In this document: piece by piece, positions 39,660 to 51,549 of the stretch | Position numbering within the stretch: the stretch's first letter is position 1 | How the letters are laid out: every line of letters starts with the position of its first letter | Source of the DNA: Octopus sinensis | Taxonomy: Eukaryota | Length of the DNA: 64,000 bases | Direction of reading: 5' to 3' | Assembly (NCBI RefSeq): GCF_006345805.1 | Contig: NC_043002.1 | Coordinates: forward strand, 109,492,001 to 109,556,000 | The notes under the pieces: model-generated | The model's database searches: none | What the model was told of the DNA's origin: nothing | What the model saw: the letters and a program-made list of their open reading frames with translations, nothing else | Position numbers and translations under genes: made by a program

Positions 39660-40017
39660 TATTTCTAATTCAGTACGTGGCGAGACATTTTTTTCGGCCA
39701 TCTTGGAAACATCTGAACCACTCATGCACGTGTGTGTGGCTCATACACTCCTCTCTAAACGCTTTCTGCAACTTTTCGTAGACCTTTGAGCAGGTATCAC
39801 CGCAACAACTTTCTCTGTCATGGTCAATGCCGCGATCACACGCTACACACCTTCCTTCCAAGTACTGCTGTAAACAGCGAAAGTGAGCTAGAGCGTTAAA
39901 CCTTAATGTGCATGCGCAGCAGAGTTCATGGTCAATCTTTGCCAACCGGCTTTACTCTGCATGCTTTAGCTTCACTACTATGGCAACAGTCCGGATACTA
40001 TAGCCTCAGACCTCGTA
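39660..40017 (-). mobile_element. mariner transposon 5' remnant
   Basis: rc TA-CGAGGTCTG TIR-like end at 40017; KVYEKLQKAFREECMSHTHVHEWFRCFQDGR resembles the mariner HTH region. Confidence 0.75.
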
Positions 40018-40206
40018 TTGAAGTAAGTAAAAACTTGGTAACCTCTACCTATTCTAAAAGCACAAATTATTGGCTTTAAATAACACTCTCGTAGCAGATG
40101 TTCACACAGACACAAAATGTCAGTGGCGAAATCTTAACTTAGAGAAACATTGAAATGTTTCTCCTCAAACGATTTACTACATAAAGAGTAGTAAAAGTTG
40201 CTTTAT

Positions 40207-40820
40207 GGTAAGTAGCTTGCTTACCAATCACATGGTTCTGGGTTCAGTCCTACTGCGTGACACATTGGGCAAGTGTCTTCTACTATAGCCTCGGGCCGAC
40301 CAAAGCCTTCTGAGTGGATTTGGTAGACGGAAACTGAAAGAAGCCCATCGTATACATATATATATATATGTGTGTGTGTGTGTTTGTGTGTCTGTGTTTG
40401 TCCCACTAGCATTGCTTGACAACCTATTTCTTTATTACCCACAAGGGGCTAAACACAGAGGGGACAAACAAGGACAGACATAGGTATTAAGTCGATTACA
40501 TCGACCCCAGTGCGTAACTGGTACTTAATTTATCGACCCCGAAAGGATGAAAGGCAAAGTCGACCTCGGCGGAATTTGAACTCACAACGTAACGCAGACG
40601 AAATACCGCTAAGGATTTCGCCCAGCGTGCTAACGTTTCTGCCAGCTCGCCGCCTTGACAACCGATGTTGGTGTGTTTGCGTCCCCGTAACTTAGCGGTT
40701 CGGCAAAAGAGACCGATAGAATAAGTACTGGGATTACAAAAGAATAAGTCCCGGGGGGTCGATTTGCTCGACTCTAAAGGCGGTGCTGCTGCATGGCCGC
40801 AATCAAATGACTGAAACAAG
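40207..40820 (+). mobile_element. CORE-like SINE interrupted by a Meta-like SINE (40425-40654, minus strand)
   Basis: TSD ttgacaacc at 40416-40424 and 40655-40663. Confidence 0.85.
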
Positions 40821-41458
40821 TAGAAGAGAAATCCATAAGACACAAAAGAAACTCCAACGGACAACGAGTATTCTGAAGAAATTGCACTTGGTCACAAAAC
40901 AATGCAGACACAAACGCGGAGCTATAAATACAGCAGCAGACACTAAGCCTGCTAAAAATACACACATCGCACATATCGGGCATGCTACGAATGAAATGCA
41001 TGTCAGCTGTATGAAATAAAAAAAAAAAAACAAAACAAAACAAAACCAAAAAAATTCTAAAGCAGAACACAAAATGCCTTACACTGATTCATAAATCTCA
41101 CAGTAAAATATATATAAGATAAATAAACCTCTTTATGAATAAGTAATTCACAACTATTTATGCATACGGACAAACTGCTGCTGCTGTTCCTCCTCCTCCT
41201 CCTCCTCCTTTCCCGTTTTCCTAGTTTTTCGTTCAAACGAGCGAGTAATGAGAGTGTGTTTATTGATTCATTAAACAATATGAATAAAAAGCATTCTAAC
41301 CTGAACTGCTCGCCGACTTCATAAGAAATAGTCGGACGTTTTCTTTCGAAATTCCGGCCGTAGCACCCTGTTATTTTCATGGATACGGAGAGGGTACATA
41401 TGTATGTCTGTCTGTCTGTGGTGTATTTGTGTATGTGTATGGGGGGGGGGGAGGAGGA

Positions 41459-41750
41459 AGAGGCGTGGCCTAGTGGTTAGGGCATTGCACTCATAACCGC
41501 TAGATCATAGTTTCGATTCCGGGACCGTTTTCTGTGTGCTGTGATCTTGAGCAAGACAGTTCCTTTCACCTCGCTCCAGCCAACTCAGCTGGGAATGTGT
41601 GACCACGAGACAGTCTGGCCTTCCGTTCAGCAAGGAATGTTGGCCTGCTTGCCCAACCAGCAGGTTGGCATCATTCGAAAGCTAAAGCAATGTGAAGCAC
41701 ATTGTGACCAGCGATGTATTACAACATTCAATTGTCTGATGGATATCGTG
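41459..41750 (+). mobile_element. tRNA-derived SINE, diverged
   Basis: gaggcgtggcctagtggttaggg head, gtttcgattcc B-box, cttgagcaagacag core. Confidence 0.65.
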
Positions 41751-41817
<67 letters not shown>

Positions 41818-41985
41818 TGAGTGTATTTTTACCTTGTTAACAATTAACACGGAAAAAAAATAGTTACCAGGGCGTTAACTCCATTTTTTAATTCATATAT
41901 ATATATAATATATATACTGAGAAAAACGATAAAACAACAAAAGAAAGAAAGAGATCTCGATATTATGTAAATAGAGGAATGTATC

Positions 41986-42074
41986 TGTAAATGTAATATG
42001 TGACAATTATTCGGTAGCCATGATAAAACTCGGAGTTTTATCATGGCTACCGAATAGTTGTCACATATTACATT

Positions 42075-42078
<4 letters not shown>
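41986..42078. repeat. 93-bp near-perfect palindrome
   Basis: 46-bp arms (41986-42031 / 42033-42078), 1-nt spacer, one mismatch. Confidence 0.95.
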
Positions 42079-42123
<45 letters not shown>

Positions 42124-42229
42124 GAAAAAATTGGAGTTAACAAGAAGGAGTACGGTTAGACAGTTGTATTTTAATAACTACAATTGTTTCCACCCAACGT
42201 GGTATCTGATTATCTATTTGATTATGTAA

Positions 42230-42510
42230 TTACAGGTACTTGATATTGAAACTGTTCGTATAATGAGATCCAGTTGTGTTTCCTCAGGTGATATTCAAGT
42301 GTTGTCTCCGTTAGTTGAAAATCTTCGACTTCAACGCCTCTCCATCCACCCGTCTTGGTTTGAATTTTGTTGCAGTAGGTAAGATTCATGTTGTCTGGTG
42401 CCAGAGTGGCAGTGGATTGCTGTTTTGGTACCAGCTGATCGATGATCTGCTCTGCATGGTTGGCTGCACATGCGAATTTTATTAGCTGACCTTCAATATT
42501 CAGTGGTCTG
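42230..42510 (-). mobile_element. Highly degenerate RTE-like RT fragment
   Basis: NIEGQLIKFA..EQIIDQLV..EVEDFQL resembles G.LIN.LRFADD..LQ.LVD.L..EEVEDF.YLG. Confidence 0.4.
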
Positions 42511-43074
42511 ATACATACACACATACACACACACAGACTCACACATATCCTCCCCCACACATACCAACTTATGTATATATGCCTGTATACACACACAGAT
42601 ACGCTAACATAGACACACATACACATACATTTGGATACATACACACATACATACAGACTCACATATACCCCTACACACAAATAGACGTATGTACACAAAC
42701 ACACACACACACACAGATGCTCACATATACATATAAACACATACATCACGTACACACGTATATATCCATACATATATTTAGGCGTCTATATATACATGCA
42801 ACTACATACATATACATATGTATACACATATTCATACACCGATCAATACACATACTTATACACTTATATACACACCCTCTCGCAAATGTGGAAATATATA
42901 CATTCCCACATACATACACATAGATAAGTGAGCAAACGTACCTATTTTGACACACATAGCGAAGTACGTGCATATTTATACACTCGTACCCACCTACACA
43001 TACACACACATATTTTTTCTCTCTAGTTTCAGCTCAGAGCTGCGGCCATGCTGGTGCACCGCCGTTTAAAAGAC

Positions 43075-43582
43075 ATACGAAATACCTATTTCTTTTTTAC
43101 CCACAAGGGGCTAAACACAGAGAGGACAAACAAGGACAGATAAACGGATTAAGTCGATTATATCGACCCCAGTGCGTAACTGGTACTTATTTAATCGACC
43201 CCGAAAGGATGAAAGGCAAAGTCGACCTCGGCGAAATTTGAACTCAGAACGTAGCGGCAGACGAAATACCGCTAAGCATTTCGCCCGGCGCGTTAATGTT
43301 GTTGCCAACACACCGCATTAAATAAATAATAAATGCGCCCTTTTAAAGCCTAACCAGGCTCATGGGCCCAGTTTCTCGGTTTCTATGGCGTATGTGTTCC
43401 CCAGCTGGACGGGATACCAGTCCATCGCAGCGTTACTCATTTTTGCCAGCTGAGTGGACTGGAGCAACGTGAAATGAAGTGTTTTGCTCTAGAACACAAC
43501 GTGTCGTCCGGTCCAGGAATCGAAACCACAATCTTACGATCATGATGCTGAGACCCTAACCACTAAGCCACACGCCTCTACA
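43075..43582 (-). mobile_element. Meta-like SINE (43075-43318) and second tRNA SINE (43325-43582)
   Basis: rc family matches to 57926 and 23738 respectively. Confidence 0.75.
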
Positions 43583-44183
43583 TATATAATTTAAATATTT
43601 TATACAAACACATGACACATCTCATTTTATATTTATGTCTGTATAAAATATTTAAATTGAATGGGTTTATAATTGTTCAATTTATTGTTTTGTTTCCCCA
43701 TTTCTTATTTATATCTATATATTAACAAACTGTATGTTTATTCCAATAGTTAATAAAAACCAGTAAATTCTTCGGATATTCAATATTTCTTAGGTGATTT
43801 TTACACCTAGCTAAATTGTTATATATATAAAAATAAATGAAAGAATGGAGTCGAACGAAGATGTTAACAAAATTCCTTTACTCTCAACACATCATTCTTT
43901 CATTTATTCATATACAACACACAAATTTCTACACATGAACCCGGAGTTTCTACCCTTGACAGGTCGCTTCAACCGTGTTTTCTGACGTGAATTTGCTGCC
44001 CAGGTTTCGGTTAAACGAATTTTCCATGCTGACGATAAACATAGGATAATTAGGATAATTCATTCACCTACTTATATATATATATATAAAAAAAAATAAA
44101 AAAAAAAAAAAAAGGGAAAAAAATTCTTTCGTGCAAATCTGACCCTGATACATACGATACAGCTATGGGTCAGACCCGATTCT

Positions 44184-44553
44184 GATTGGTCAACAAGTTG
44201 ATGACGTCTAGCTCTGCTAGAATGGACAGGATACAAACAGGGGACAGTCATTAGTCAGAATATTGATGACGTCCTTTCTGCTTGAATAGTCACCTAACAA
44301 ATACAGACAGGGGGCAGATCTAATGTAGCTATAAGTCGTGATGGGCAGAATCTGGATGACATCCCGCTATGCTTGACTAACGAAGCGACTGGTCAAGACA
44401 GGAAACAAACAAGAGGGAGTTATAATGCAGCGATTGGTCAAAATAATGATGACGTCCCGTTCCACTTGATTAAAGCCACCTAACGAAACGATTGGTCAAA
44501 ACATTGATGACGTCACGCTACGCTAGATTGACCACCTAACAGGCATTATAAAA
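44184..44553 (+). promoter_or_regulatory. Tandem CCAAT-box + CRE modules followed by a TATA box
   Basis: ATTGG(or ATTAG)-N12-TGACGTC at 44185, 44250, 44433, 44491; degenerate copy at ~44341; perfect TGACGTCA at 44508-44515; TATAAAA at 44547-44553. Confidence 0.6.
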
Positions 44554-44761
44554 CCAAGCATTTCACAAAAAATCACTAGAACCACCCAGCGAACTTCCAC
44601 CATGGGTCATCACAATTGCTTAAGGTAAAAATGAATTCCTCGCTCTTTCGGAAACATCAATCTTCTGTATGACCGCTTTCCACCACTTTGATCTGTTTTT
44701 TGTATTGAATACGTATCGCCACCGTGGGCCACTGCATCGAACACTTTGAACATATACTTCA

Positions 44762-44830
44762 AACTATATATCAACTATACATGAACTATATATCAACTAT
44801 ACATGAACTATATATCAACTATACATGAAC
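44762..44830. repeat. 22-bp tandem repeat x3
   Basis: aactatatatcaactatacatg. Confidence 0.9.
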
Positions 44831-44911
44831 TCTAAGATGTCTGACTCCGTTGTGTATTATAAATGAATTTCTTGTGTTTGACGGTATGAGCTGTCTCTTT
44901 TTATATATAAC

Positions 44912-44955
44912 TTTTTTTGATAAGGTTCATTTCAGGAACTGAAACATGTTATAAT
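44912..44955 (+). ncRNA. Hammerhead-like motif with U3:A8 core variant
   Basis: T TGAT A A GGTTC ATTTCAG GAACT GAAAC AT GT T ATAAT; helix II and palindromic helix III (ACATGT) good, helix I weak. Confidence 0.4.
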
Positions 44956-45012
44956 GTATATATAAAAATTAAAAATTGTATAATACAGCAGCATTTTCGA
45001 ACTTCATTTTTT

Positions 45013-45078
<66 letters not shown>

Positions 45079-45619
45079 TATATATATGTATGTATGTGTG
45101 TATGTGTGTGTGAGTGTATAAAAATTATATATAAAAAATACAAAATGGGACAAGAACGCAAAATACACAAAGAGACGACACAAAAAACGGACGGGTCATT
45201 CGAAGCCTCTAATCTTCAGTCAGGAACCGGATCATCCTAGCAAATTTCGGCTGATTAATCCTGATATCGCTCAGATCCGGCCAGCCCCAAGGAAAAACTA
45301 AGCTGCGAGCGTTAGATTTCTTGGAAAAAGGATCATATGTATACGAAACAAGGACAGAAAAACGGACGATGCCACACGAATATAAATACAAAAAAACAAA
45401 AATAAAATTAAAAACAAGAATGGTAATAACGGGACAAAAACAGCGGGTGTCTTACGTATTTTGAAATAAATGCCTTTTCGGCAGACGAAGAGAAAAGCCG
45501 TGTTGTCACAGCAGCGGTCACCAGCGGAAAGGCTAGTTGACCAGCAGGTCACGTGAGAGTAGAGAAGAAGAGAGAGAAAAAAACAAAGGGGCAAAGGAGG
45601 AGCAGGATGCGTGGCGTTC

Positions 45620-46908
45620 GAACAAACAGACCCGTCTCCTACTGTTACCATCAATGCTTTAATGACAAGCTAAAACTCATGCCGGATCAGTCACTGCCCG
45701 GGATAACAAGGACCGCGTTACCCCGTGGAGAACCAGGCTGGGTCGAAAGTCTGCTGCTGGAAGAAACTCTCAAAAAAAAAAAACGATCTACTAGGTAACC
45801 AGACTCAGGATAACCCTAACCCTAGGCCTGTAGTGACGCCACCAAAAACATCACCTAAAGCAAAACGCATGAAATGAACTAGAGAGGATAAATAGAGATG
45901 CGTTGAAAGCTTTCTGTACAGCCCAGCCAAACCCAAACAATAACCTCACTGTACAAACATACATCTCTTAGAGAAACTTAGTGGGCAACGAAGTACGCAG
46001 ATATATAGATGCAAATGAATTAAATAATGTACGTAGAGACATCATTAAGGATAAAATGCTAACTGACGCTGAATTTAGCCAAATTAGGACACAAATATTT
46101 CATGGTAGACCAAATGAAAACAGTGACAATGAAGATGAAATAGGTAACGGGTGCACACAACCCAGTGTACGAGCAGTATATCCCAAGGAAGAAGCTGATG
46201 AAAGAATAGCGAAGATCAGATATGCGGAAAAAGACGAGAAAGTAGACCTACTCAAGAACACCAGAATTTGAGGTGAATAATAAAGAGAAAATCATAGAAG
46301 CAAAAGAAGATATTACCAGAGAACTCAGCAAGACTGAGTCAATCTAACAGCATCAGCATCAAAAAGAGCATCTTTCAAGGTGATTCCCTCTCCCTATTAC
46401 TCTTTTGTATGACTCTAATCACAATCTCTAGCGAACTAAATAACACCAGGCATGACTTCAAAGTTTATAATACGACAATAAACCATCTGTTTTATATGGG
46501 CGATTTGAAGCTGTTTGCTAGAAACGACGAAGACCTAGTAGCGCTGTTAACAACTGTTAAAGAGTTCCGCAATGACATCGGGGTGGATTTTGGCCTTGAT
46601 GAGTGTGTCAAAGCAACTTTTGTAAGAGGCAAGGTCAGGAAAACAGCTTCCATTAAATTAGATACCGACTCTAACATTAAGGAGCTTGGCCCACTAGAAA
46701 ATTACAAATCCCTGGGAATAAACGAAGGAGATGCTATACAACATGCTACTATGAAGAAAAAGAGTGTAAAACTCATACTAAAAACTGAATTCAACTCTAA
46801 AAATCGCATCGAAGCCGTTAACACCCTGGCACTTCCAGTAGTCCAATATAGTTTTAACAAGATTAACTGGAATCTTACAGAGCTCCAACGCCTGGACAGG
46901 GGGACATG
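45620..46908 (+). mobile_element. R4/Dong 5' region plus RT fragment (internally deleted)
   Basis: RMK*TRED..RYIDANELNNVRRDII N-terminal domain; then INHLFYMGDLKLFARN..YKSLGINEGD..INWNLTELQRLDR. Confidence 0.8.
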
Positions 46909-46947
46909 AATTTCGTCCAGCATGCTAACAATTCTGCCAGCTTACCG

Positions 46948-46991
<44 letters not shown>

Positions 46992-47132
46992 GATATATCT
47001 TCTGGAGGAGTTACCTCAATTCTTTGTATATTAACCCAAATGAAGTAGATAGACAAAATTATTTTTTGAACCTGCTGAAGACACACGAGATCTCAAAATA
47101 CCGTTCACTAGATGACAATGGCACTCTTCTTT

Positions 47133-47218
47133 TAATTTTGACTTTAATAATAACAATAATAATAATAATAATGATAATAATAATAATAATAATAATAACA
47201 ATAATAATAATAATAATG

Positions 47219-47267
<49 letters not shown>

Positions 47268-47275
47268 TAATAATA

Positions 47276-47316
<41 letters not shown>

Positions 47317-47339
47317 TAATAATAATAATAATAATAATG

Positions 47340-47391
<52 letters not shown>

Positions 47392-47450
47392 TAATAATAA
47401 TAATAATGATAATAATAATAATAATAATAATGATAATAATAATAATAATA
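47133..47450. repeat. Long (TAA)n array
   Basis: Direct, ~320 bp. Confidence 0.95.
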
Positions 47451-47765
47451 GGCATCTAAAAACGAGAACTGTTCCTGTTATTGTAGGTGCCCGAGGTATG
47501 ATAAAAAAGGGATGTTAGAAATATCGAGATAAGATCCCAGGAGTACCACGTCTCAGAGAAATCCAAAAGATTGTACTGACAAGTACTGTCCACACCCTTA
47601 TAAAAACCCTATCCATTTAAATGTCTGTGTTGTATTACATGAGGATATTTCTCTACTTCCCCTCCCCAAGCTTTCAGTCAAACTGCAACATCTCTTATCC
47701 TTCACTCACCCCAGGACACTGGGTGTGTCTCGGCAAGTAACTGTAACAAATATGCGGATTAAAAG
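47451..47765 (+). mobile_element. R4/Dong extreme 3' end
   Basis: TRTVPVIVGARGMIKKG..LREIQKIVLTSTVHTLIKTLSI* plus 3' UTR, then (TAA)n. Confidence 0.8.
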
Positions 47766-47767
47766 TA

Positions 47768-47829
<62 letters not shown>

Positions 47830-47849
47830 GATAAAGAAGCCGTAACAAT

Positions 47850-48760
47850 TCTAATATTACTAGTAAAGAATAATGTAACTATGATTATATTAATGGGATT
47901 AGAAGTAAAATATCTCCATAAGCATATCGCTAAGAAAAAGGTCTCAAAGAACCAAATAAAAATTGATTATCGAGAAAAGATGCTGTCGATGAAATTCTTG
48001 ATAATTCCCAACCTAAGCACCAGGCGTGTGTACAAAAGATATACACGATTTTAGAAGGGGACTATCAGCACTTTCACATATACCACAGTCCGGTGATACT
48101 AAATCCCGTTGAATAGAATTTACACCTGACAAATATACAACAAAATTATGGAAAATGTAAGAAACCTAACATTTTTTTGTATAATCCACTCTTCGCAAAT
48201 ATAATAAAAACCGTTATAGTGATATTTTTTTGAAATAGGGGAAAGGAATTTTTCGCATCACAAGTACAATAAAATATCTAATAGGAAAACAATTAACCTC
48301 TCCTACTCAGCCGTCCCAAACCCAGCAGAATTTATAACGACTTCAGATAAAACTAAAATTAGAAGGAAATTTGAAATAATTACTGAGGGAAGTAAATAAG
48401 TTTCTTTTTTATATAGCATAGACCAAATCTAAATATTCGAAACTGGAAGCCACTGACCCTTAAAAACACAATGTTCATGAATGAAAGGTAATAGAGGATG
48501 CTACATATGAAGGTACCAAGGACGAAGCATCTAGAAAAGAATTAAATGCCCAAAGTAATAGTTTGAATTTAGCAATGTCACGTAGCATCGTTAGCAGAAT
48601 TTCAAATATTTTAATTTTGACTCTCGATTTAGCCTATAGCTGTAATTTCAGATCCAGTGAGGAATGCCCCTTGGATGCAAGTTTTAGGAGAATGTAGTAT
48701 ACAAGTGTATGGTTAAAAGTACGAGAATTACGTGTTTCTACATTGATCCAACAACTAAAC
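47850..48760 (+). mobile_element. Penelope-like element remnant
   Basis: FLYNPLFAN..KISNRKTINLSYS..PN and CNFRSSEECPL..ENVVYKC, degenerate PLE motifs. Confidence 0.6.
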
Positions 48761-48864
48761 ATATTAAGAAACGAATTTCTGCACATAAACATTCATTTTT
48801 AGGAATTCCCGCACAAACGTTCTTTTAAAAGAAATAAAAAATTATTAATGTATCTCTTTATCTC

Positions 48865-49255
48865 TTTACTTGTTTCAGTCATTTGACTGCGGTCATGCTG
48901 AAGCACCGCCTTCAGTCGAGTAAATCGACCCCAGGACATATTCTTTGTAAGCTTAGTACTTATTCTATCAGTCTCTTTTGCCGAACCGCTAAGTTACGGA
49001 GAAGTAAACACACCAGCATCGGTTATCAAGCGATGTTGGGGGGACAAACACAGACATACAAACATATACACACACATACATATATACATATATATGACGG
49101 GCTTCTTTCAGTTTCCGTCTACCAAATCCACTCAGAAGGCTTTGGTCGGCCCGAGGCTATAGTAGAAGACACTTGCCCAAGGTGCCACGCAGTGGGACTG
49201 AACCCGGAACCATGTAGTTCGTAAGCAAGCTACTTACCACACAGCCATTCCTACA
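48865..49255 (-). mobile_element. CORE-like SINE, full length
   Basis: rc of the 4377 family. Confidence 0.85.
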
Positions 49256-49593
49256 CCTACGATAAACTAAAATGATAAACTAAAATTTTCTACCTCATTA
49301 ACTGAGTATTTTTCCATCTGGAAATCTAGGAATATAAAATGTCATATCAAATGGTCCATTGTCCTTTCCGCTCAACATTACTAGGGCAACGCACGAGCCG
49401 GCAGTTTTTTATTTATTGTTAATTTTTTTTTTTGAGAATTGAGAAAGGCCATAAAAATTCTATTTGCCAATCAGTGAAATTTGCTAAATATACGTAACGA
49501 AATAAATATAAATAGTAAGCATAACTATTAATTAACTTTCCAACATTACCTGAGGGAAAATAGCTGACCTTGTTATTCATATTCTTCATAAAG

Positions 49594-50232
49594 GGGGTGA
49601 GCCGGCAGAATCGTTAGCACGCTGGACGAAATACTTAACGTCGCTACGTTCTGAGTTCAAATTCCACCGAAGTCGGCTTTGCCTTTCATCATTTCAGGGT
49701 CGAAAAAATAAGTACCTGTTGAACACTGGGTTCGATGTAATCGACTTGTCCCCACCTCCCCCAAGCCGCCCCAGGGGAAAAAAATTTGAAATAATTATTA
49801 ATATTCTTCATGATAAGCAGGCGGCGATCTTGTAGAATAGTTAGCACGCCGGTTGAACTGCTTAACCGTATTTCGTCCGTCTTTACATTAGTAGTTCAAA
49901 TTCCGCAGACGTCGGCTTTGCCTTTCATCCTTTCGGAGTTGATAATATAAGTACAGTCATGTACTGGGGTTAATGTAATCGACTAGTCCCCTTTCCCTAA
50001 AATGTCAGGCTTTATTCCTAGAGTAGGAAGGATTATTATTCATAATAATGGTAATATCTACGTTCGTGTTCGTCTGTCTTTACGTTCTGAGTTCAAATTC
50101 CACCGAGGTTGACTTTCCCTTTCATTCTTTCGGAATCGATAAATTAAGTACCAGTTGCATACTGGGGTCGATCTAATCGACTGGCCCCTTCCCACCAAAT
50201 TTCGAGCCTTGTGCCTAGAGTAGAAAAGGATA
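49594..50232 (+). mobile_element. Cluster of three Meta-like SINE copies
   Basis: Cores gcctttcatc at ~49681 and ~49920, and ccctttcattc at ~50117. Confidence 0.75.
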
Positions 50233-50360
50233 TCTACGTTCGCATTATCATGGTAATTATTGTTAACATTTCATATAATTTCTCATTATTACTAACATTT
50301 TTATCATCCTCATTGATAATTATTGTTTTGTGTCATGACAACAACCACAACAACAGCAAC

Positions 50361-50412
<52 letters not shown>

Positions 50413-50679
50413 TTAAAGTTATTACTTTATTGAAAATACTACTATTGTTGTAATTATACTGGCATTAGCTTTGGAGTAGAGATATATAAATTTATCGGCC
50501 GAGTAAGAGTATTTTTGTGATAAACCAAAATATATCTCCCTCTCCAGACTCTGCTTCTAATTATTTTCTACAACGCATCTGAATAACATCAATATTTATC
50601 CCCAGATCAATTTACAACATGCAAGTTGATCATACTAGTACGGCCTAAAAAGTACATTCTTTTTAGAATGTCGCTATCC

Positions 50680-50815
50680 TCTGAAATATTCCTGTCAACA
50701 CTGACAGAACGATCCAGGCTAAACGACCAGACATAATTATTAAAGACATGGAAGAATATACTTGTAGATTAATAGGTGTAAGTGTTCCTACTGATGAAAA
50801 TATATCCCAGAGAAT
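50680..50815 (+). mobile_element. R4/Dong REL fragment
   Basis: NIPVNTDRTIQAKRPDIIIKDMEEYTCRLIGVSVPTDENIS. Confidence 0.7.
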
Positions 50816-50929
50816 GTCATCTCTCTTATCTCTACCTCTAGTTGTTGGAAGTTGCATATTAGTAATAAATAGAAATCCAGTGGTAGAGATAAGAGGGGTG
50901 ACATTCTCTGGGATATATTTGTCTATATC

Positions 50930-51160
50930 TATTTCTTTATTACCCACAAGGGGCTAAACACAGAGGGGACAAACAAGGACAGACATAGGTATTAAGTCGA
51001 TTACATCGACCCCAGTGCGTAACTGGTACTTAATTTATCGACCCCGAAAGGATGAAAGGCAAAGTCGACCTCGGCGGAATTTGAACTCACAACGTAACAC
51101 AGACGAAATACCGCTAAGCATTTCGCCCGGCGTGCTAACGTTTCTGCCAGCTCGCCGCCT
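50930..51160 (-). mobile_element. Meta-like SINE
   Basis: Nearly identical to 40425-40654. Confidence 0.85.
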
Positions 51161-51549
51161 TTGTCTATATCGCCTCCATAATTGTCTACCACCAAATGCA
51201 GGCTGCATCTAGCAAGGCTAAGACATCAGCTCTTTCTCTTCCCGTGGAAAAGATACCGTCCCACTGGCAAGGTGATCCATTTTTTATCAGCGTTCCCTAG
51301 AACACTGGATCGGATTGCTGTGGTTGCTCATGAGCAGACACGTGCTAAGACTGCGCTTCCTGCAGAGATGCCTTGACATAAGCAGCCGTTGAAACTGTAA
51401 GGTAGACATTGCCACAGCTCATCTCTTTAACAAGCTACAGTCCTGGAGAAAAGACAAGATTAAATACCTGGCCTCTGAAATTAGGCTCTCACTGCCCTCA
51501 ACAAGCTGGGCACATACATTTATTGGAAGTTGTATATTAGTAATAAATA

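Noticed and set aside
45190-45275. Further hammerhead-like fragments (also 42165-42215 and 10805-10845)
   Set aside because: Only part of the core or helices is present (e.g. GAAAC-AATT-GT-A without CUGANGA); not supportable.
45690-45760. HDV-like ribozyme at the Dong 5' end (also 31160-31205)
   Set aside because: Could not assemble a consistent P1/P1.1/P2/P3 double pseudoknot by eye; a descriptor search would be needed.
45811-45826. Telomeric TAACCC repeat
   Set aside because: Only two units, within a LINE 5' region; expected by chance.
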